IMG/VR virus record: IMGVR_UViG_3300033475_000112
Coordinates: 1 to 32,415 of that record
Source: a virus
Taxonomy: Duplodnaviria; Caudoviricetes
Length of the DNA: 32,415 bases
Strand: one strand, 5' to 3'
Both the position numbers and the translations under genes were made by a program. The notes beneath the pieces were generated by a model. The model made no database searches, was not told where the DNA came from, and was given only the letters and a program-made list of their open reading frames with translations. Positions 1 through 8,095 of the stretch are shown here, one piece after another; position 1 is the stretch's first letter, and each line of letters opens with the position of its first letter.

Positions 1-343
1 GAAGTTCTACCGGGGCCTGGCCAAAAAACCGGCAGACCGCGTAATTCCAGATGTACATGATGGTCATCGAAAAACAGAAGAACGCGCGCATCCACATCAT
101 GTAATGGTCGTTCGATACGTTCTGCGCCGCCGCCGCGATGACCTTGTTCTGCTGGTCGATCGCCGCTTCCTGCAGCTGCGTCTGCACATCAAGTATGTGC
201 ATCTGTGCAGCCTGCTTTGCCTGCGGATCCGGGATGAACTTGTCAATCAGATCCTTGCCGAGATTGATCGCGCTCGAGATCGCGCTGGTTGGATTTACTG
301 CTGCGCCGAGGGCCTGGCCCAGGGCTGATCCTGCGCTAGCCAT
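1..343 (-). CDS. 3-TM holin (GTA_holin_3TM-like), 3' end outside window
   Basis: Not in the ORF track; translated by hand from the ATG at 343, directly after the lysozyme TAA: MASAGSALGQ...LGKDLIDKFIPDPQAKQAAQ...WMRAFFCFSMTIMYIWNYAV. The 'IDKxIPDP' motif, coiled segment and hydrophobic segment fit this holin family. Confidence 0.8.
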   Translation of the reverse strand, partial: MASAGSALGQALGAAVNPTSAISSAINLGKDLIDKFIPDPQAKQAAQMHILDVQTQLQEAAIDQQNKVIAAAAQNVSNDHYMMWMRAFFCFSMTIMYIWNYAVCRFFGQAPVEL

Positions 344-787
344 TTATGCTGCCTCCTCTTGATTGAACAGGTTGAATTCCGCCTCGCGCCTCTTTTTGAG
401 CGCTTCCACTTCCACATGCCCGGCATGATCCCACTGGAGGAGCTGATGGGCTGCGGCGTCATAGTTTCCCGCATTCAGATCGGAGAGCAATGTTGAGCTT
501 GCCAGGCGTCCGGATCCCAGGTTGAACACAAAATCCACCAGGGCATCGAACTGGCCTTGCGTAAGCTCCACTTTCACCAGCCGCCGCACGCTGTCCTCTG
601 CGATCGCCACATCCTTGGCCAGGATCTTGGCTCCGATCGCGAGTGAGATTCCATTTGGAAATGTTTCGCCTGGCAGCAGGCGGTGGCCGTAGCCGATAGT
701 TTTCTTGCCGGCGATATCGGTATACACCGCGCCGCGGAAACCTTCCGACTGCTGCAGAAGTTTCAATCCGATTGAGCTGAGATTCAT
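344..787 (-). CDS. Endolysin, GH24 phage lysozyme
   Basis: SEGFRGAVYTDIAGKKTIGYGH carries the E-x8-D-x5-T triad; also QFDALVDFVFNLG and LKKRREAE. No N-terminal SAR segment. Confidence 0.95.
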   Translation of the reverse strand: MNLSSIGLKLLQQSEGFRGAVYTDIAGKKTIGYGHRLLPGETFPNGISLAIGAKILAKDVAIAEDSVRRLVKVELTQGQFDALVDFVFNLGSGRLASSTLLSDLNAGNYDAAAHQLLQWDHAGHVEVEALKKRREAEFNLFNQEEAA

Positions 788-1245
788 ATGTGCACCCTTA
801 AGAGTTGAATGATTCCGATGATGAATCCGCCGGCGACGGCGATAACGGTGATGGTTTGAGCAATCTCACGAATCAAGCCAAACGCACCGCCGCGGCGTTC
901 GGCGAAGTTGGATAGCCGCTTGATCTCTTCGCTCTGTTTGTTGTTCTGCTCGATGACCTGGTTCCATAACTCCTCTTCGCGTTTGCGATCCTGCCCCCGG
1001 CGCAGTTCGATATCGCGCATCTCTTGGTACAGCCTCTGCACTGCCCCGCGCAGCCCGGTATCGATGCCGCTCTTCATGTCGCCGTAGACGGCCGTCGTGA
1101 CGTCGGTCATCCGTTCGGCGATAACCTTGATGGCGGCCAGGTCTGCAGCATGCGCCTGGATGAGCGCGGCCAGCTGGTGAGAGCGATCGCGCATCTCCTT
1201 TTCGATCTCTTTCAATTCCTCCTGGCTTGTCTCATGCTCTGCCAT
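784..1245 (-). CDS. Coiled-coil protein with C-terminal transmembrane helix (lysis-cassette membrane protein)
   Basis: Charged helical body with hydrophobic C-terminus (ITVIAVAGGFIIGIIQLL); GGAG SD; ATGA overlap with the lysozyme gene. Confidence 0.7.
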   Translation of the reverse strand: MAEHETSQEELKEIEKEMRDRSHQLAALIQAHAADLAAIKVIAERMTDVTTAVYGDMKSGIDTGLRGAVQRLYQEMRDIELRRGQDRKREEELWNQVIEQNNKQSEEIKRLSNFAERRGGAFGLIREIAQTITVIAVAGGFIIGIIQLLRVHI

Positions 1246-1268
1246 TCTTCACTCCGTGAAGGAATGTC

Positions 1269-2213
1269 TCAGTTGTGTAAAGAGAAAAAAACGGGTCCGC
1301 AGGTATCGCTCCAAGTGTCTGCGACGTAGGTAATCGAAGCATTCAGAGCTCCGCCCGATGTGACATTGTTGGTGGCCGCTCCTGCAGTACATTGAGGCAG
1401 GAAGCGCCGCGTGGCTCCCGCCAGAACGGCCGTGCCTGCGTTTCCGGTAAGCCCCACGTTGTAGCGGGAACCGGCCTGCACGGTGCATGGAGCCGTCCAG
1501 GATGCCGTAATGTCGTTTCCTGCTGCCGGCGCAAAGGTAGTTCCGACTGTCGGGTTCACATGACACACGAGCGTTCCGCTCGCATCGTAGATGCCCAGGC
1601 TGTAGAGGGCTGCGCTATTGTCCGCTGTCGCTACACGATAGGTGATTTTGTTTGCCGTCACCGTGACGGGAAACCAGATCGACCACAGCCTGGTCTGGTT
1701 GGCCACCACCTGCGATGTTGGCGAACCCAGCTCATTTGTCCATTCGGTTGCCGAGGGAACCTTGGCCGCCACAAAGGCATCCGTGGCCACTTTGGTGCTC
1801 GCATCGGTGCTCGGCTGCGTGGTCGCAGTTATCCCATCGGGCAGCGCCGAAGTGCCGCTTACCGCTGTGCCGGCGGCTGCATAATACGCAAGCTGGTTGA
1901 GGGCGCCTGAGTTCACGGTGCCGGATCCGCCTGCGCTGCCAAAGCAATTCAACGGGCACGGCAGCCAGGTGCCATCGTTGCCGGTGCCATCGCTTGAGTA
2001 GTAGATGCCGGCATGCTGCACGCGCCCCACCGCTGCGCCCACGCCTCCAGATCCCGCCATGGGCAGCCAGGTGCCATCGCCGCCGCTGCCGTCGCTTGAA
2101 TAGAACGCGCCCACCTTTGCGGGCCGATAGCCTGCAGCTCCTACCGCGATGGTGAGTGCCGCCGCGATCGCCAGCACAAGCCATGCATTTCTCAATCTTT
2201 GCTGCTTCATCAT
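1269..2213 (-). CDS. Tail fibre-like protein with N-terminal signal peptide
   Basis: AAGGAG SD. N-terminus MMKQQRLRNAWLVLAIAAALTIAVGAA. Gly/Ser/Thr-rich, with the fibre-type motif ATTQPSTDASTKVATDAFV and a beta-rich C-terminal domain. Confidence 0.65.
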   Translation of the reverse strand: MMKQQRLRNAWLVLAIAAALTIAVGAAGYRPAKVGAFYSSDGSGGDGTWLPMAGSGGVGAAVGRVQHAGIYYSSDGTGNDGTWLPCPLNCFGSAGGSGTVNSGALNQLAYYAAAGTAVSGTSALPDGITATTQPSTDASTKVATDAFVAAKVPSATEWTNELGSPTSQVVANQTRLWSIWFPVTVTANKITYRVATADNSAALYSLGIYDASGTLVCHVNPTVGTTFAPAAGNDITASWTAPCTVQAGSRYNVGLTGNAGTAVLAGATRRFLPQCTAGAATNNVTSGGALNASITYVADTWSDTCGPVFFSLHN

Positions 2214-2222
2214 TTGCTCCTT

Positions 2223-5078
2223 TTACTGGATAACTCTTACGTTGTAAGTACTCGCTGTGGGTGTTCCTGCGATGGCGGCGCACACCGTCACATTCACAGT
2301 TCCGGTCGATGGCACCCAGGCCCTCCAGTAGAAAGCATCACCTGGGTAAGTGTTCGGCGTTGCCATCACTGCCATGCCCACGCTGGCGCCGGTGAAACTC
2401 GAAGAGACTAAAGAGCACGCGCCGGCGGCGAGCGCTGATCCTCCAACTGATGGGCTTATACCAGCGATGGTTGTCGCTACCGGCGTTCCTCCAACTTTTG
2501 TCCCGATCGGCATGTTTGGCGCAATGTCGATGTAGGCCCAGGCGACCCACATATCGTGGCCGCTTATAACCGAGCCGTTTCCTATGCCAATGTCGCCCGT
2601 CCTGCCGGTGAAATCGAACGGGATTGTGTAGGTCTGAAGAGACGCCGAGCACGTGACGGTTTGAGAGAAAGCCACCACAGATTGAATTTCGATTTGGGGA
2701 ACAGCGCTTGTGATCCCGCCTGGACAGAGAAGAGAGATGTACAGCGTTCCCTTCGCTGCCGGAAAGTTCGTCCCGATCGTGAAGAAACCCTTGTGGCTTG
2801 GATTTGTCGGATATGCCTGCTGGAAATTCTGGTAAACCCCATTCGACTTTAAAAGTATCTCTCCCCCGCTGGGCGAGTTGGCGTCATCTTGATAGAGGCT
2901 GCTCCACGCCTGACTGCCGGGAACGCCGAGAATGAAGTCGTGCGGCCAAAGGAAAAGATCTTCGTGCCGGTAAGGCACGGCCGGATAACCATCTGCGGCA
3001 AAATCCGGCTCCTGGCCGCCAAGGACGTTTGGAATTCCTTTCTGCGGCGTGAGCGTCGTGTAAGCAGGGTAAGGAATGCCGCTGGGATAACTGAAACCAT
3101 TGTTGTATCCGAGCAGCGTGTTGCCCAGGCCCTTGTTGTTCACGGGGCTGTTCGCCGAAAGCCCGTCAAATACATTGCCGATCCCGAAAAGATTGATCTG
3201 TCCGCCGCCAGGAAAACAGTAGCAGGTTGAGAAGCGGATATCGAGCCACGCCTGGTTGTTCGTGTCTGCCGATATGCTCATTTCTCCGCTGATCGTGTAG
3301 CTGCCCGAATCGGCCCGCACGCCAAAACGAGAGTCGTTGACCATGGACCAGCTTTCGAGCTCTTGGATGTTGATGATCCAGCCAGGCCCATCTGAAAAGT
3401 TATTCGGGGCATACATGAACTGTGGCCCGGCCAGCGTGGTGTATTCCACATGATCCATCTCGCTCTCGCCGCCGTTGTAAGTAATCCATGGAAAGCGCGT
3501 GATGAAAAACTTCAGATGGTCCCAATGCTGAAAGTCTCCGCCGGTGGTGTAAAAATTATTAATTTCCGATCCGCCCTGAAAGACTCCGAAACTCTGCCCG
3601 TAAAAGCTGATGTGATCTGCGTGCAGGCCGTACTGGTTCCAGGCGCCCTGGTTGAACATCGAGCAGGTTGTGCCGGTAGAAGTCGATCCCCCTGTAGAGC
3701 TGAAATTGATGTTCTTCATCACCGGGTACTGGCTGCCAGCCGTCTGGCTTGGATTAGGCCAATCCGTCGTCTTGGGGTCGTTATTGTCGAATGCGATCGC
3801 GCAGTTGCCGATGTTGGTCGCGACCGGGAGATCAAGAAGCGAGAGATAAGAATGCGCGCTTGCTACCGTGGTCACGGCCGGCGCAGCCAGGGTCACGATC
3901 TTCCAGGTACTGGCGCCGCCGTTTGATGTTCCCCAGCAGGGATCCACGGATGCAACGGTGGTGGCAAGATTGCCCATCACCGTCACCGTCGCGCCGCTTG
4001 AGTGTGTTGCCGCTGTGGTGCCGGACTGCCCGCGCATGACCGTGATGGTCGAGATTCCGTTGGTCTGTGTTCCCACGTACATCAGGATTTCGGAATCAAC
4101 TTTCAGATACCCAAAGATGGTTGGCCATGAGCTCGACGTTGCGCCGGTCAGCGCGATGCTGGTTTGTGTCGTGGTGGTGATCGCTGCAGCCAGGGCAGTT
4201 GTCGTCACCGTGGCGCCGGCGCCGCCGATCAGAATATTCTGCCCTACGTCGTTGCAGCCGATCGATGCCGTTCCGCCCGCGGTAATCACCGCGCTTCCGC
4301 TTGTCATCGAGCCGCCATCAAACCAGCGCCCGGGCCAGCGGTGCAGCAGATTGGGAACGGTGGTTGTCGTGGGAGTCACCGACCTGTCCAGCAGAAAAGA
4401 AATGTCCTGTATCAGCCAGGACTGGTTGAAGGTGAAAGATCCGTTTATCGATGGGTCGGGCACATGCAAAATGTCATATCCCGGCTTTCCCCTGATCGTG
4501 ACTCCATACGAAACCGTCGCCGTCCCGCTGCCGGAAGGCTGCCCCACAAAAGGAACGCCGGTGTACTCGATGGTGCTGGTCAGATAGCAGCCGCCTGGCG
4601 GCTTGGGAAAGTAGACCACTGCCGGCGCAGAATTCCCCGTCTTATAACTTTGCGCTACTGTCATCGCCGCGACGATCGCGTTGTGGTCATCGGTTATGCA
4701 ATCGCCCTTCGCGCCGTAAGTCAGAACGTTGATTTGCGTGTTCGCATTCAGGATGATGCTGCCCCTGGTATCAGTTGCGCCGACTCCGCAGAAAGCACCC
4801 GAGCAATTTCCCTGCAGCTGGCCCGAGCTGCCGGCTGGGTTCGCGGCCGTCCCGCCGGCTGAGACACATTGATTGGTGGCGATGTTGTAAATCGGTGTCG
4901 TTCCGCCGCAGCCTGTCGGCCATCCAATGCCCGTGTGGGGGTTGATGGGATGGCTTGGCTGCGCGTGTCCGAATAGGACGGCAAAAAAGAAGAGAAGCAG
5001 GAAAAGCATCACTTGCGCAAGCAGCCGTTCGCGCGGGCCAAAAACCTTGGCACTGTCCTTAAACAACACAAAGCGCAT
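2223..5078 (-). CDS. Tailspike/depolymerase-like beta-helix protein (start uncertain: 5078, 5012 or 5009)
   Basis: Pectate_lyase_3-type motif INVLTYGAKGDCITDDHNAIVAAM...VYFP, and a Gly/Asn/Thr-rich beta-helix-like body. The track start at 5198 overlaps the upstream gene by 140 nt, so a later start is more likely. Confidence 0.75.
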   Translation of the reverse strand: MRFVLFKDSAKVFGPRERLLAQVMLFLLLFFFAVLFGHAQPSHPINPHTGIGWPTGCGGTTPIYNIATNQCVSAGGTAANPAGSSGQLQGNCSGAFCGVGATDTRGSIILNANTQINVLTYGAKGDCITDDHNAIVAAMTVAQSYKTGNSAPAVVYFPKPPGGCYLTSTIEYTGVPFVGQPSGSGTATVSYGVTIRGKPGYDILHVPDPSINGSFTFNQSWLIQDISFLLDRSVTPTTTTVPNLLHRWPGRWFDGGSMTSGSAVITAGGTASIGCNDVGQNILIGGAGATVTTTALAAAITTTTQTSIALTGATSSSWPTIFGYLKVDSEILMYVGTQTNGISTITVMRGQSGTTAATHSSGATVTVMGNLATTVASVDPCWGTSNGGASTWKIVTLAAPAVTTVASAHSYLSLLDLPVATNIGNCAIAFDNNDPKTTDWPNPSQTAGSQYPVMKNINFSSTGGSTSTGTTCSMFNQGAWNQYGLHADHISFYGQSFGVFQGGSEINNFYTTGGDFQHWDHLKFFITRFPWITYNGGESEMDHVEYTTLAGPQFMYAPNNFSDGPGWIINIQELESWSMVNDSRFGVRADSGSYTISGEMSISADTNNQAWLDIRFSTCYCFPGGGQINLFGIGNVFDGLSANSPVNNKGLGNTLLGYNNGFSYPSGIPYPAYTTLTPQKGIPNVLGGQEPDFAADGYPAVPYRHEDLFLWPHDFILGVPGSQAWSSLYQDDANSPSGGEILLKSNGVYQNFQQAYPTNPSHKGFFTIGTNFPAAKGTLYISLLCPGGITSAVPQIEIQSVVAFSQTVTCSASLQTYTIPFDFTGRTGDIGIGNGSVISGHDMWVAWAYIDIAPNMPIGTKVGGTPVATTIAGISPSVGGSALAAGACSLVSSSFTGASVGMAVMATPNTYPGDAFYWRAWVPSTGTVNVTVCAAIAGTPTASTYNVRVIQ

Positions 5079-5643
5079 TAATTTTGTCCGGTGTCCCATC
5101 GGGTCCAATCTCCGTTGCAAAGTTGAGGGTGATTGCCGTTCCCACCGAACTCCAGTCGGCTGGGTCGAGAATCGTGCCGTTGTAAAGTACTGCGACAATC
5201 AATCTGGCGCCAGGGGCCACATAGTTCACCCCCGGCACAGCGCCCGTGCAGGCAATCACTTTCAGGAACTGCAGCGGGAATCCGTAAGGTGCGACAATCT
5301 GCGCCGCCTCGCTCAGATCGATTATGCCGGCGCCGTCGAAGCGATAGTTGCCCGCCTGAATCACGTTCTTCTCGGCGTCAAGTACTGCAACCTCGTAGAA
5401 GGTGACATCTGGACCTGGAGTAATCACGTCATTGCCATACAGGTCAATTGAGAGCGGCGTGGATCCGACTTGGGGCCCTACGAGTTTGGGAATGGTCGCA
5501 TCCGCAAGGATGCATGTTCCCGGTACCGCCGGAACGATCGGTCCGGATCCGCAAAGAGTGATGCGCAGATAGCCGCCCATCTCCGCACCCGCGAGAATGG
5601 ATTCGAGATTGGCGGTGAGCGTGATTTGCGGAGTCAGTGCCAT
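5059..5643 (-). CDS. Putative tail fibre attachment/structural protein
   Basis: GAGG SD; beta-rich; LYGNDVITP..TFYEV and YNGTILDPADWSSVGTAITL resemble fibre N-terminal anchor modules; lies directly upstream of the tailspike. Confidence 0.55.
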   Translation of the reverse strand: MALTPQITLTANLESILAGAEMGGYLRITLCGSGPIVPAVPGTCILADATIPKLVGPQVGSTPLSIDLYGNDVITPGPDVTFYEVAVLDAEKNVIQAGNYRFDGAGIIDLSEAAQIVAPYGFPLQFLKVIACTGAVPGVNYVAPGARLIVAVLYNGTILDPADWSSVGTAITLNFATEIGPDGTPDKINALCVV

Positions 5644-5650
5644 TTGCGCC

Positions 5651-6055
5651 TCACTTGAAAAACCAGACTGGACCTACATGCGCTGTCCGTGGATGGTCAT
5701 CCGGATTGCCGAGTATTTCTTTCTTGAACCATGGTTCGACCGAAAAAGCCGGATCGATGTAGAACAATGCCCCCCCGGTCAGATCCTCAGAAATCTCCGA
5801 AGTGTAGAGCTCATCCAGGCGGTTCAGAAACACCCGCACATTGCCCGTGCGTATATTCGGTATATCCGGCGGGTATATCGTTCCCCGCTTCGCCGGCGCC
5901 GTCTGGGCAACCTCGAGCCAGTCACCCCATCCCTGGAAAACACGGTTGCGCAGAGTCTGGGCTACGGCCAGCATGTTGTTTACGCCGCCATACCGGCTTC
6001 CCTCTTCGATCGCAAATTCTGCGATCTTCGCCCGTGTGAAGGTGTCGAGATTCAT
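5651..6055 (-). CDS. Cell-wall hydrolase, SleB/Hydrolase_2-like
   Basis: E...MLAVAQTLRNRV, DLTGGALFY.DP, W, and VGPVWFFK match the Hydrolase_2 pattern (AVA.V..NRV / D.T.GA.YY / IG.H.F). Confidence 0.75.
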   Translation of the reverse strand: MNLDTFTRAKIAEFAIEEGSRYGGVNNMLAVAQTLRNRVFQGWGDWLEVAQTAPAKRGTIYPPDIPNIRTGNVRVFLNRLDELYTSEISEDLTGGALFYIDPAFSVEPWFKKEILGNPDDHPRTAHVGPVWFFK

Positions 6056-6375
6056 TACTCGTCCGTTTCTATCCAGCGGTTCAGTTTGCGCGTCATGGAG
6101 ATCTGCATATCCAGACCCACTTTGCCGTGAGCAGTGTTGAATATTCTGCGATCGCCGTGCTTGTCCCGATAGAGGAAAGCCCCGACATAGCCCACCAGTC
6201 GCCGGCCGCCCGTCTGCTTTTGAAAATCTCTGACCAACTTGGTCAACTGGCGCGTGGCATCGTCATATTCCTCGCTGCAGTCGATCGCTGTCAGGCCGCT
6301 CTTCTTGGCGCGAAGCTGCTTGTCTCTCATTTCGAGATCCGGCCAGTTCTTCGCGCCTGGCACAGTTTTGTTCAT
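6055..6375 (-). CDS. Hypothetical protein (106 aa, MNKTVPGAKNW...)
   Basis: C-terminal part of the 195-aa track ORF. ATG at 6375 with GGAGG SD and ATGA overlap with the upstream stop; TAATG coupling to the downstream gene. Confidence 0.65.
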   Translation of the reverse strand: MNKTVPGAKNWPDLEMRDKQLRAKKSGLTAIDCSEEYDDATRQLTKLVRDFQKQTGGRRLVGYVGAFLYRDKHGDRRIFNTAHGKVGLDMQISMTRKLNRWIETDE

Positions 6376-7253
6376 ATCGGCCTCCCCACCTTGATCTGGC
6401 GATAGACCTTCAGCTGCTGGCGGTACCAGCTGCCGGCTTCCCCGATCGGCCGGCCGAAAGCTTTGTCCACTTCTTCTTCCGTGAGGATCTCGGCCACAAT
6501 CAGCACGAGCATGGCCGTGCGCCATCCGCGGTACTTCTCCTTGGTGGCCACGCCATATTCGTCGAAGCGCATGATGCTCCACTCGGGGCCAGGATCCTGG
6601 AGGCTCGTGAGCGTGCGGCGAACCTTGCGGCCTTCGCGGCAAGCCATGTAGTTCTCAAAAAGCAGATCCTTCTGCCGCTGTGTGCTCACGTGGGCCAGCT
6701 CCTCGAGATAACCGGCCTCATCCATCGCCACCGGCGAAACCCAGGCATTGACTCCCACCAGGCCGTGACGTGTCCAATCGTTCAGCCAGATCCGCGCATC
6801 GCGGTGTTCTTCTTCCCGCGCGTCGACGCCGGCCGCGCGAAGCTTGCGGAGTACTTCGCTGGCATAGAGCACATTCACCATGCGCTCTTTTTCGTGCTCC
6901 TCTGCCCAGCGTTCCTGACCTGGCAGGTGCTGCCGTTTGGCTTTCTCGCGATTCGATTCGTAAAGCTCAAGGTTTTCATCGACCCATGCGGATGGATCGT
7001 TCTCGACCCTGCGCAGCATGGAGATGGCGGGGTCATAGTGGCCGGGCGTATCGAACTCCCGATCAAAATCGAGGTTCTTCATTTTCTTGCGATCGAGCGT
7101 TCTTTGCCGCACGGCCGCCCAGTCGAATTGATCCCAGTCGCGATCGCGAATTTCCCGTCCGCCCTTCAGCTCCGCCGCCGCTCGTGCCAGGCCTGGGTCA
7201 TACTTCAGCGTTGGCGCGCTCTGGTGTTGGATCGGGATGATGATATGCGGCAT
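6372..7253 (-). CDS. Hypothetical phage protein (about 293 aa)
   Basis: Long ORF in operon orientation; GAGGA SD before the ATG at 7253 (MPHIIIP). No recognised motif. Confidence 0.75.
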   Translation of the reverse strand: MPHIIIPIQHQSAPTLKYDPGLARAAAELKGGREIRDRDWDQFDWAAVRQRTLDRKKMKNLDFDREFDTPGHYDPAISMLRRVENDPSAWVDENLELYESNREKAKRQHLPGQERWAEEHEKERMVNVLYASEVLRKLRAAGVDAREEEHRDARIWLNDWTRHGLVGVNAWVSPVAMDEAGYLEELAHVSTQRQKDLLFENYMACREGRKVRRTLTSLQDPGPEWSIMRFDEYGVATKEKYRGWRTAMLVLIVAEILTEEEVDKAFGRPIGEAGSWYRQQLKVYRQIKVGRPI

Positions 7254-7314
7254 ATATTCCTCTAATAGCTGGCGTATATCTTCCAGCATTTCGTGGGGCG
7301 TTTTACCTTCCCAG

Positions 7315-7357
7315 AAAAAGGGGTACGGAGGGGTAGGCTCGATGGCCGCCCCTCCGT
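7315..7357 (-). terminator. Possible intrinsic terminator
   Basis: 9-bp perfect inverted repeat (7325-7333/7349-7357) plus a 3-bp inner stem, just after the stop at 7364. On the minus strand it is followed by ACCCCTTTTT, so the U-run is offset from the stem. Confidence 0.5.
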
Positions 7358-7363
7358 CCTGGT

Positions 7364-8095
7364 TTACTTGGCCGGTTCCAGGTTCGGATCGATCTCCGTC
7401 ACCACCGGTCCGGTTCCCGTGCTCGCCGCTCCCGCGATGGCCTGGTTGGGCGATAGCGGAGCTGCTGCTGGCGCTGAGGTCGTGGCCTGGCCTTCCGGGT
7501 CCGCGGCGGCCGGCTCTTCGGTGGTTGCCGAATCGGTGGCCTTGACTGTTTCGCCAGGCGCTGGCTGCACATCAAAAGCGATCTTGATGCTAGTCAGCAC
7601 GGGCGCCGGAGGAGGCGGTGGAGGAGGATTGGTGATGTTTACTTCAACTTCCTCGGTATCGCTCAGCTCCTTGCCTTCGGCGGTTTTGAGCGAAACCTCG
7701 ACATTGGCGATGCCATCCGCCAGGGCCGTAATTGTTGCCGTTTCGCCGTCCGGATCTTCAACGAGTGATGCGACTTTTTCGTCGTCAATGATGAACGTAG
7801 CCGGCGGCATGACGAAATCTGCCGGCATGGGGTTGCCGTTCTGGTCAAATCCAAGGACGGAAGCGATGGCTACCTGTCCCGCTACGGTGAGAATTACTGT
7901 TCCTGTTACTGGCGCCATGGCGCACTCTCCTTGTTGGGTTTTGAAAACAACTTTGATTCGTGTCAGCCGCGGTCTATGTCCGCGCTCGCGTTCTCGCAAT
8001 TCCTCGAGCAGCTCTGCGGCCTCTCGCTCTTCTTGCTCGATGCGCTTCCTTCGCGCAGCAAACCAATCGAGGATCCTGCGTTCCCAGCCCTCCAT
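7364..8095 (-). CDS. Ig-like (Big_2-type) domain protein, putative virion decoration; second in-frame start at 7918
   Basis: ATG at 8095 overlaps the upstream TGA (TGATG) and has a GAGGAG SD; the ATG at 7918 has an AAGGAG SD. VASLV...ATITALADGIANVEV resembles Big_2. Poly-Pro linker and acidic low-complexity tail. Confidence 0.65.
   Translation of the reverse strand: MEGWERRILDWFAARRKRIEQEEREAAELLEELRERERGHRPRLTRIKVVFKTQQGECAMAPVTGTVILTVAGQVAIASVLGFDQNGNPMPADFVMPPATFIIDDEKVASLVEDPDGETATITALADGIANVEVSLKTAEGKELSDTEEVEVNITNPPPPPPPAPVLTSIKIAFDVQPAPGETVKATDSATTEEPAAADPEGQATTSAPAAAPLSPNQAIAGAASTGTGPVVTEIDPNLEPAK

Noticed and set aside
5008-5053. Possible programmed frameshift at GGTTTTT linking a short GTG ORF to the tailspike frame
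   Set aside because: Not a canonical X XXY YYZ slippery site, the SD is too close to the GTG, and in-frame starts explain the gene without it.
5079-5198. Track start of the 991-aa tailspike ORF
   Set aside because: Overlaps 140 nt of the upstream gene; later starts are more plausible.
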